64,000 nucleotides of DNA from Diplonema japonicum (Eukaryota; Protista; Euglenozoa: Diplonemea), in NCBI GenBank assembly GCA_964019335.1, contig OZ025709.1, positions 310,001 to 374,000 on the forward strand, given 5' to 3'. Position numbers and translations under genes: made by a program. Below the pieces are notes generated by a model. It had not been told where the DNA came from and made no database searches. It saw only the letters and a list, made by a program, of their open reading frames with translations. Of this stretch, positions 24,373 to 33,710 are shown in pieces; within the stretch, counting starts at the first letter, position 1; every line of letters begins with the position of its first letter.

Positions 24373-26838
24373 TTACTGCTGCGTAAGATTGAAAGATGAG
24401 TTCTCCAACTCACCGAACCCACTACCCGCGCTACCGGCCCTCTCTGTTGTGATGAAGAGAGATGTGGGGAGCCTTTCAACAGATGGGTGCCTCTCTGCAA
24501 GGAAGTGTGAAGGTGAGCACTCAGCAGCCGCAGGATCAAGCGGATACAAATGAGAAAGACACTTCCTGCCTATGATACCGCAAGGCTGATGGTTCGGCGT
24601 CACAACCACAAGGTGGCGCAACCCCAAGTCACGCACCAGCTTGAAGACCCTAGGGAGAGGGGTTTCCTTTGTCACTGTAACAGGGTACTTGTCCATATAC
24701 CGTGAAAGGTCCATTTTTTGCGAGAGGTCGGTTGAGGTCAGGGACAACGCGTATTTTTGCGGTTTCATGATGACCCGCTCGTGTGCGGACTTGACGAAAT
24801 CTTCGTAGTTTAGGGATCGAGCCATGACCCCCCATGCACCTTTTCTCAACAGGATTAACAGGTATCGGCGTAGGATCAAGCCTTGCAACGCCTCGGATTT
24901 CTTCCCTTCCGTTGTGACGATAAAAGCTTGATGATGCGGTTTATCGTGCAGCAACTGCAGGATCGACCGCACGGTCGGTTCGTAAGGCAGGCAAGGTGCG
25001 TCCAAAGCGTTCATAACGTCCGCGGCAGTTGCGGTCTCGAGCCCGGGTTGAAGGTGGTTTTCAAGAAGGGGTATCTTTTGCAGGTCAATGTGCATATCAT
25101 ATATCCCATGGTTGAACAGGTCCCCGACTAATTTAGCTGTACAGGTAATTAACATCAAGGGTATCACATATGTGTTGTTCCCTGTTGCCTCCATTAATAT
25201 AACAGACAACGACACCGTCATGCGCACCACGCCAGACAGAACTGCCGCGGCGCCGAAGCAAGCGTAGGAACCGTAGCTGACGTCGAAATCGAACAGGTCG
25301 TGCAGGCCTTGCCCGTAGATACGTCCTACAGAGGCACCGAGAGCGAGGCACGGCAAGAACAACCCAGAGGGGACCGCGATCCCGTATGTCAAAACCGTGA
25401 GGAAAAAATACGGCACGAAATGCATGATCATCGTGACGTAGTCTAGGTGGCTTTCCTGGTGGAACATGTGCCTGATGTTCGCTTCTGTTTGCGAGAAGAA
25501 CAGCGTCGCCATGTTGTTGTACTCCGTCGTCTCGTTGCACCCGTACACCCTTACGTACAAATCACCCGTCACACTGTCGGTTCCGTTGTTGTACAGCTCC
25601 GTCATGGACTCGCAGTCGTAAAGTCGAGACGTGAGGACGAAGAGGATGGTGGAGACCGCCAGGTTGATGAGGATCACCTCCAGGATCCGTTTTGTTTTGT
25701 TCTGCTTGATGTACTTCCTACGGACTTGAGTAATCTCGATGTTGAGCTGGTTGAACACCGCACCGACAATACCTCCGATGGCACCCAGCAGGATGTGAAA
25801 GGGAAGCTCCCAAATTTTGTAATCCCCATTGACAACACCGAAATTTGTTTGCCCGGAAGCAGGTGCTAACGGATCCTGGAACTTTGAGTACATGTTAATG
25901 GCTAATGATGAGAACGTGGCACAGAAGAACACCTGGATCGACATGTCGAGGTTCCAAAAGGATCCAACCTCCTCGACTGCGAACAGAACCCCGCCGACAG
26001 GGGCGCCAAAGGCCGCTGCAACACCTGCCGCCGCACCTGCCGTCACGAAAAGCCGTTTATCAGCGTCGCCTCTGTATTCTTTGAGGAACCCTGTGTCGAA
26101 GTGTAGTTTCGATGATTTCCCCGTGGCAACCCCGCCGCCGATGATGGCACCGGAGTGGATCATGGGGCCTTCCTTTCCACACGGCAGCCCGCTTGCTACT
26201 GAGAATAAAATTCCTGTTGCTTTGGCCAATAGCGTTCGCAGCCTGACTACTCTGTATATTCTTATCCCGTTGAGGTAGCATTTCACTTCTGGGATACCGC
26301 TTCCCGCAGCCAGTGGTTCGACGTAAACAACAAGCGATGCTGCCGCCACAGAAAGTACCAGGTTCATAGCTGAAAAGGTCAAAAAAGGGGAGAGGAACGG
26401 AACCGTTCCGCCACCCGAAGATGTTTCCATCTGTTCACCAACCCATTTCCATTTGTACTTCGAGATTTGCTCGATTCCTTTGTCGATGAGGAAGGCCGTG
26501 GTGCCTGTGAGCATCCCGATGAGAAAGAGCAGGCACCATCTCTTGTAGTCGAACCTTTTTCGTGGGAGCTTTGATTTCTGTGTTCTGTCTTCTTGTAGGA
26601 GGTCGTTTTCTACCTCCATGAAATCAAGGCTTTCATAGTAGTATTTAGCACCGCTTGCCCATTTTTGACTGATAGGTGCGCTCCCGTCTTTCAATGAGCC
26701 CATCAAGCTCATCGTCCTCCTGTTGACATCCAAAGGTGTGAGCTCATCGTTGGCGTCAAGGTCGTCGTCGAACAAAATGTTCTCCTCCTGGTTCACTGAG
26801 AACCCTCTTCGACGCGATATAGTCGGGTCTTCTAACAT
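24373..26838 (-). CDS. CLC chloride/proton exchanger (CLC-6/7-like) with two CBS domains
   Basis: GSGIPE, GKEGPM, AAAFGAPVGGVLFAVEE, PSGLFLP, GIYD motifs; CBS tail with LGLRHLVVV. Start taken at MLEDPTIS. Confidence 0.95.
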   Translation of the reverse strand: MLEDPTISRRRGFSVNQEENILFDDDLDANDELTPLDVNRRTMSLMGSLKDGSAPISQKWASGAKYYYESLDFMEVENDLLQEDRTQKSKLPRKRFDYKRWCLLFLIGMLTGTTAFLIDKGIEQISKYKWKWVGEQMETSSGGGTVPFLSPFLTFSAMNLVLSVAAASLVVYVEPLAAGSGIPEVKCYLNGIRIYRVVRLRTLLAKATGILFSVASGLPCGKEGPMIHSGAIIGGGVATGKSSKLHFDTGFLKEYRGDADKRLFVTAGAAAGVAAAFGAPVGGVLFAVEEVGSFWNLDMSIQVFFCATFSSLAINMYSKFQDPLAPASGQTNFGVVNGDYKIWELPFHILLGAIGGIVGAVFNQLNIEITQVRRKYIKQNKTKRILEVILINLAVSTILFVLTSRLYDCESMTELYNNGTDSVTGDLYVRVYGCNETTEYNNMATLFFSQTEANIRHMFHQESHLDYVTMIMHFVPYFFLTVLTYGIAVPSGLFLPCLALGASVGRIYGQGLHDLFDFDVSYGSYACFGAAAVLSGVVRMTVSLSVILMEATGNNTYVIPLMLITCTAKLVGDLFNHGIYDMHIDLQKIPLLENHLQPGLETATAADVMNALDAPCLPYEPTVRSILQLLHDKPHHQAFIVTTEGKKSEALQGLILRRYLLILLRKGAWGVMARSLNYEDFVKSAHERVIMKPQKYALSLTSTDLSQKMDLSRYMDKYPVTVTKETPLPRVFKLVRDLGLRHLVVVTPNHQPCGIIGRKCLSHLYPLDPAAAECSPSHFLAERHPSVERLPTSLFITTERAGSAGSGFGELENSSFNLTQQ

Positions 26839-27025
26839 TTTTTTCTCTTTTTTTTTTCTCTTCTTCCCCCCACTCTCCCTTTCAGAGTGATGAACGATTC
26901 TTTTTGAAGAAAAAAAGGGGGGGGGGGAAATGAGGCCCAGAAAGAAAAAGAAATAAGAAAACAAAAGGGGGGAAATGGGAAAGAAGACATGAGGGACGAG
27001 AAAACACTTTTTTTTTTCATCACAC

Positions 27026-27056
<31 letters not shown>

Positions 27057-27152
27057 CCCTCAGGCAACAACGGGGGTGATTGGAGGGGGAAAAAAGAGAA
27101 ACAAAAAAAAAAAAATCTAATCTGAAGAAGAAGAAAAAATATCCCACGATCG

Positions 27153-27569
27153 CTACCTAGAGGTGTTCTTTGGTGAAACAGCTTCATGTGCAGCGCTCTT
27201 CAGGTCGATTTTGTGCTCAAGCAAAGGGAGCGCAAGCTCCATGTTCTCGAGGACTTCTACTTCGTGCGGTTGGTCGTGGAACAGATACCTCACCTTGATG
27301 TACTTCTCTTCCTCTCCATGAGGATCCACATTGCAGAATCCGTCATACTGGTGCTTAGGCCCCGCAGGCAGGATCAAGCCATGGTTGGCCACCTTTGCCT
27401 GCAGACAGACCGAGACATCCAGCACATTTGGCGGCAGGTCCTCCTCGTCATAAGTAAAGTTCGGGTGCAAACATCCGTATTTCGCATTTTGAATGACCAG
27501 ACCGCCCTCCGTGGCCAGCTCTTCGTTCAGTCTTCGTTTCGCTTCGATTTCCAAAAGTTTTTGCTCGCT

Positions 27570-27607
<38 letters not shown>

Positions 27608-29666
27608 CCCTTTGATAGATGCATACTCCAAGGCCCTCCTGTGTTCTCCCCATTGTTTATCCCTGTGCATGACCCTTCTCTGCATGATCTCCTTCCTCTT
27701 CCTCATCCCACTCCAAGGTTTGATAAGCAATTCTTGCGCGAGCTGTTTTTTTTTTTTTTTTTTTCCCTGGAAAAAGAAACCTTGAAGAGCAATATGGGTG
27801 CCAACAGATACGTAGCCGTTGTGGGGCCGTCTGTCGCAGTGGTGATGAGAATGGGTGCTGCTATGCTGAACTTGTTGCGTTTGAAGACGAGTTGGAGTTC
27901 GGTACGCGCACTTTATTTTTTTATTTTATTTTATCTCCCCCCTCCACTTTTAGCACATACTGGTACTCTGGTGACGTTGCCCAGGCAAACCCAAGGAAGC
28001 AGTAGGGAAGGGAGGTCGAGATGCCAAAGCCAAGCTGGTTCGCTGTGGACTTCTTAGAGAGGTTGAACATGGCTTTCCAGGAGATCCTCGTTGTCCCCTC
28101 AAATATGTCTTGAGAGTACATGGTGGTGAGGTTGCCCGCTGTTCTGACCGCTTCTTCTTCATCTTCATCTTCAAGAGTCTCGACAAGGACGGGATCCTTC
28201 CTGGGCAGCATGAGACGGTTGATAACAGTCCCCCCGAGGGTGAGGTACCCCAGGTCGAGGGAATAGCTTGTGGAGCTCATTTCATCCCATTTTGAGTAGA
28301 TCCATGTGAGCTTCCTGTCGTCTTCATCAGGGGAGATATGAAGTTTCGCGGTGAGGTCTCTTCCTTCACCGATCGTTCTTCTGAATATGCTTGTTAGTGC
28401 AGAACCCCATGAAGACGATCTCAGGCTGCTGACCACTTTGTACCGCAGGGTCCAGTCAAAGTTCGCCGTCATTTTCCGTAACATTTGCACGTGGACGGTT
28501 AATGCTGATGCTTGCATCTTTGCCTTTGCTTTGTACTCCGACATGGCACATTTGCTGTAGGTGTACACTGTTTTGAACCAAGACTGCGGACCGCCCGCGC
28601 TGAACTCCAACAGATGCTTCGGGAGGATCGGGTAGCTGAAGGACTGGGCCATGAAAACCTGGGACGCGTGGGGTAGCATGCGGGGCCAGTTCATCACTGT
28701 TTGTATCATTTTCTTCGTTTTCGACATCGGGGGTGTTGGGTGATCGTGTTCTACGCCCTCGTCGCCGTCGGTTTGGCGCTTCTCCATCTGCTGCTGGAGG
28801 TTCGCCTCGAGCTTTTGCTGAACGTCATCGTCCGGGATAATAACGAACATCTGCCGCCCGTTGATGTCGACCCTCGCAACGCGCAGCGATTTGCTCTTCT
28901 CGATCATCACGTTGCTGTCCTCGCCGCCTTCTTCGCTGTCTTCCTCTCTTTCTTCGCCAAGGTCTATCTCTTCCTCTTCTTCATCTTCTTCATACTCTTC
29001 TTCATACTGTTCTGGTTGCTTGTCCCAGTCGTACCCGATACTGTCTAACCCCGCATGGATCCCTTCCGTGATCCGTTGAAAATTATCGCTACAGTCAAAT
29101 CGAACCACCGCAGACCCTGACGAATCAAGTTCTTGTTGTAATCGGACAAGTTTCTCCTTCTGAGCTAGGATGTCAAGGTTGGAAATGAAATCCTTCGCGC
29201 CGAGGTGCGCTGGGACAAGAGACGCGCGTGCGACCCCAGCGGATCCTTGGTGGTGGTACGCTCGCCTTGTCGCAGAGTCAAGGAGAACTTCCTTTGCGGT
29301 GTTAACGCGTTGCTGCATCTCTTTAGCCATGTCGTGAAGTTCCTTTGGAGCTGTTGCATGGCGGTCTTCATGGAGTATCATCGACCTTTGCTTGTGGGCT
29401 GTTTTTATCTCGCTTTCGGTTGCGTTCAACGGAAGCTGCAGTGCCGCGTAGTACCCCTCCGGGTCGTTAAGCGAGTACGCCTTGCATACCGCAACAGCAA
29501 CCGCCAGCGATCCCACCACCACCGCCTCTCCTGCTGCACCCCTCGCACCCGCTGCATCGTGCACCGACGACAGTAACGCCACCGCCTCTTCTCTGGTGCT
29601 GTTTCCCAATCTTACTCCGTACTCCTGCGCTAATCTATGCAGGTCAGCCAATGTGTATTCGTCCAT
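27153..29666 (-). CDS. DNAJC11: DNAJC11-like J-domain protein; 3 introns (27911-27960, 27743-27780, 27568-27626)
   Basis: J domain YYAALQL...HED (variant of HPD); splicing gives a continuous frame into the DUF3395-like tail GLVIQNAKYG...LDVSVCLQ...GFCNVDP..EEKYIKVRYLF. Start taken at MDEYTL. Confidence 0.85.
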
Positions 29667-29804
29667 TTTTCTTTTTTCTTTTTGTTCTGACGCCCCCCTC
29701 GGGCCTGTGAGGATTTGGGTTTGTGTAGGAACTTTTATCGCGTAAAGCAAGTAAGAGGTGATGGAAGAAGAAATAAAAAAAAAGAAAAAGGATGAACGTG
29801 TTGC

Positions 29805-31355
29805 TCACGACAACCGGACCCTAGTTTTGTACGCCGGTGTCCCGAAGGAGCCCTGCTTGTAAAATTTCGACACCTCCATCGTGGGTTTGCGCACGGGGGC
29901 CAGCTCGAGCTCCTCGGAGGCTTCGCGCTCGGTGCGTATCTCACGCGTGATCGGGGTGACGAGACGTATCTGTGTTTGTTTCATTGTCATTCCCTTTTCC
30001 TGTCATACCTTTGCAAGATCTTCCTTGTACTGCTCAGCGGGCGGGAGTGGGTGCTGGAAGGTGGGTTCGGAGAAGGCGTGGAGAAGGACGGCAGCTTGGT
30101 TCGCCTGTTAACGAATGAAAGAAAGAAAAACATTTGCACACACCGCAGAAAGTCCTTGTAGCTGAGTCGCGTGCACGCATGCTTGCTTGCATGTTCTTTC
30201 TACGTTGTGTTTCACGTAGTCGACATCAAGCCCGTACCTTTCAGACCCGAAGAAGAAGCACATAGAGGTGTCTAAGTTGTCTTCCTCTCTTAGTTCATGC
30301 CAGATTTCGTGTGATGGAGACGAGTCCTCGATGTCCTCTGTGAGGGTTGCAGAGGTCAAGGGAAGCATGTTATGCCGCCTTATCATCCTGTTGACGATGC
30401 CCCAAGGATCGTCTCCTTCCTCTTCCCTGAGGGTGTGAAAAGCAGGGTACCCACCAGCTGTTACATGTGCGGCCATCGATGCACTTAGAACCTGGTCGGA
30501 GTAAGGGTCTATGCAGTCGCTGAGAATGATCGCGTCGCACCCTAGAACGGTTGCAGTTCTGATGAGGTTTCCAAGATGTTGTGGTTCGTGGATGCCGAGG
30601 AGAACGGCGGCCCGCTTGATAGGTGGTGCTTCTTCTACCCATAGGTTTGATTTAGCTTGTTCATCAGGGATGAAGTACTCGGCTGCCATTCCGCTGTGAT
30701 CCTTCCCCGCTGCAACTGACAGACACATTTTGTCAGCGAAAACCGTCGGGGTTTTCTCGAGATCGATCCCGGGGGGAGCGTTCACGTTCGGTTCAAGTAG
30801 AAGCATTTCAGGGAAGTATCCGTTGCTGGCTAGATTCGATATGGCGGACCCGTCTCGGAGAACGAAGCGTTCGTTCTTCGATCTGTACTTTGGGTTTTGT
30901 CGAAGCTTTAGAAAGTGGTCGATCACTTTTGCCTTTCGGTTCGTGATCATCGTGGATGCAACGGGCATGGAATCTGTAAGGTTTTCCCAGTTTACGGCGG
31001 ACTGCGTTTTACCCTTTCGAACCAACGGCTCCGACGAAGCGTACCTGTGCGCATCGTCATTGTTTATTATCTCAATCTCCCTGTTTTTCAACTTTCTCCA
31101 TGCTTTTGCTTTGTCAATCTCGTGCCGATCTGTGACCCCTTCCCCCATCCCACCGTAATACTCATGCGGTTTCACTTTGTTCCCCACAGCTCCCAAAACC
31201 GACGTTCCAGACGTCCACCCTCTCCCTTTCCACGTATTGCCCCTGTCGATCTTCCCAACCTGCGTTTCTTGGCTTCTCTCTGCTTCTTTTGTTTTTTCTT
31301 TGTAATAAGAAGGACGACTTCCAACCCGATACACAATTTGGGTGCCTTTCAACAT
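29805..31355 (-). CDS. SpoU/TrmH-family RNA methyltransferase (RNMTL1/MRM-like); 2 introns (30105-30143, 29970-30008)
   Basis: IHEPQHLGNLIRTA, FFFGSERYGL; splicing restores motif 3 QGLSA|ANQAAVLLHAF and joins ORF 29805-29990. Confidence 0.82.
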
Positions 31356-31375
31356 TGTCTGACCCTGGAAAAAAA

Positions 31376-31449
31376 TATTCCCATCCGGGTTCGAACCGGA
31401 GACCTTCGCCGTGTTAAGGCGACGTCATAACCAACTAGACCATGGGAAC
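31376..31449 (-). tRNA. tRNA-Val(AAC), copy 1
   Basis: GTTCCCA...TCGCC-TT-AAC-AC-GGCGA...GGTTCGAACCC...TGGGAATA followed by T-run. Confidence 0.95.
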
Positions 31450-31461
31450 TCACGCCCCGGG

Positions 31462-33059
31462 TTTTTTTTTTTTTTTTTCAAAATACCAATGCAGGGCCGC
31501 CATGGAGAGCAACACCTGAGAAAAGGGAAAAAAAGGTGAAGGGAAACCATGGGGAAATAGGGAGGGCAATGGACCAGGCTTCTGCAAGCAGGAGGAGCCC
31601 TGGTCCCCCACCAACCCGTGCTCTGCTTTGGGACAGCCGAAGAGGGCTGAATTACATTATTCCCTCAGTCAAGTGAGAGAAAAACGGGGGCCTACCTTCC
31701 AGCTGGATGTCCTTCTTTGGCTGGAACCTCCGGCGGAAAGCCCCCCAGGGAGGTATTGCTCCTATTGAGCGAATCATTGGTGAGTGTGAAAATAAAAAAA
31801 AGGGGAAATGGGAAACAGTGAGAGGAAGGTGAAGGAAGGGAAAGGAAAGTGGGAAACACAACATTCCATTTAACACACACACACGGGGCGATCCCTTAGC
31901 GCAGCACGGGGGCCGCGGGACCGGCGTCAAGAGAGACCGGAGGAGGAGGCGGCACGTTTGAAGGTGCAGTGACGTCTGTAGACGCCAGGGATGATGGCGA
32001 GGTGAACAGTCCGGAGCGTGACCAGGCGAGCAGGCCAGACTCAACAATGAGGTCGTAGATCTGGGTCACGCGTCTCGACAGGGAGAAGGCTAGGGAGGGA
32101 GTACCAGCAGGAGTGTCGATCGCCCCCCTCCCGATCACAGGGCACCCACCGACAACATGCTCCCTGGACATCGGTGCTGCGTGGCAGGCTGGGCACCGGA
32201 GCACACCCTTGTGCTTCCTGTTCGGGCCAGCAGTCTGCAGGAAGCCGAAGAAGAGAGCCGAGTGACCAATCCGCAGCCGCGAGATGACCGTTTCAGCTTG
32301 TCTGGGGAAGCCAAGGGGGAAGTGCGCAGACCGAAGCTCGGTCGCCACCGCGTAGTTGTGGGCGAGGGATGTTATGAGCTCCGCGGACCTCCGCACCACC
32401 CACCGTCGCACCAGGGCCCTCACTGATCGGTAGTCAAGGGAGGGCCTGTCCTGCTTCCGCTTCGTTCCCTCCCCGGCCAGAGCGTCAGCCTTCTCGTTCC
32501 CGTCCACCCCACAGTGGGAGGGCACAAACTGGAGGACCACCGGTGTCCCCTGCGTGCGCGCCGCGGACACCAGCCGGCTCCACGTCTGGTGGTCGAGCTT
32601 CTCCCTCTGTCGCGTTGGGCCAGCTCGCAGCTGCTCGACGAGGGAGAGGGAGTCGGTGCAGATCGACAGCGGGGACTTCGCCAGCGAAGGGTGTGTTTTT
32701 CGGAGGGTAGCCACCATATCCAGCGCCGTTTTCACAGCCATGCCCTCTGCCCGAAAAGATGAACAGAAGTCGTTGACGCCATGGCACACAGACACAGGGG
32801 TCAGGGGGGGAGGCAGCTGCAGATAAACCCCAGAGCCACCTTTCGCCTTCTGTCCGACCTGTACAACCGAGCCATCCGTGTAGGCATGGATGCCCGGGGG
32901 GAGAGCCGCAAGAGCAGCCTCGGCCGCCTTCCGCCTGTCCGCGTCTGGCGACGATCGCGTGACCCCGCCGGGGAGGTCAGTCCTGAAGTCGACCATGCCT
33001 GTCTGCCACGGGGCCGCCAGGGGCGTAGCCGACAGGTACTCGAAGTGCACCTTTGGTTC
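31462..33059 (-). mobile_element. 5'-truncated non-LTR retrotransposon, family A copy 1 (RNase H + CCHC + 3'UTR + poly(A))
   Basis: Near-identical to 33256-34875; T17 tail at 31462-31478; 11-bp TSD CACGCCCCGGG at 31451-31461 and 33060-33070. Confidence 0.93.
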
Positions 33060-33176
33060 CACGCCCCGGGCAGCCGGGTAAATGGCGGATCATTGTGTGA
33101 ATATTGCGATTGTAAGAAGATTGCTAATAACTCACACTGAGCAACAAAATAACCACGTGATGCACATGTACAAAAA

Positions 33177-33250
33177 TATTCCCATCCGGGTTCGAACCGG
33201 AGACCTTCGCCGTGTTAAGGCGACGTCATAACCAACTAGACCATGGGAAC
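33177..33250 (-). tRNA. tRNA-Val(AAC), copy 2
   Basis: Identical body to copy 1; different downstream flank. Confidence 0.95.
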
Positions 33251-33710
33251 TCACGTTTTTTTTTTTTTTTTTTTTTTTTTTTTCAAAATACCAATGCAGG
33301 GCCGCCATGGAGAGCAACACCTGAGAAAAGGGGAAAAAAAGGTGAAGGGAAACCATGGGGAAATAGGGAGGGCAATGGACCAGGCTTCTGCAAGCAGGAG
33401 GAGCCCTGGTCCCCCACCAACCCGTGCTCTGCTTTGGGACAGCCGAAGAGGGCTGAATTACATTATTCCCTCAGTCAAGTGAGAGAAAAACGGGGGCCTA
33501 CCTTCCAGCTGGATGTCCTTCTTTGGCTGGAACCTCCGGCGGAAAGCCCCCCAGGGAGGTATTGCTCCTATTGAGCGAATCATTGGTGAGTGTGAAAATA
33601 AAATAAAAAGGGGAAATGGGAAACAGTGAGAGGAAGGTGAAGGAAGGGAAAGGAAGGGAAAGGAAAGTGGAAAACACAACATTTCACTTTACACACACGC
33701 GGGCGATCCC

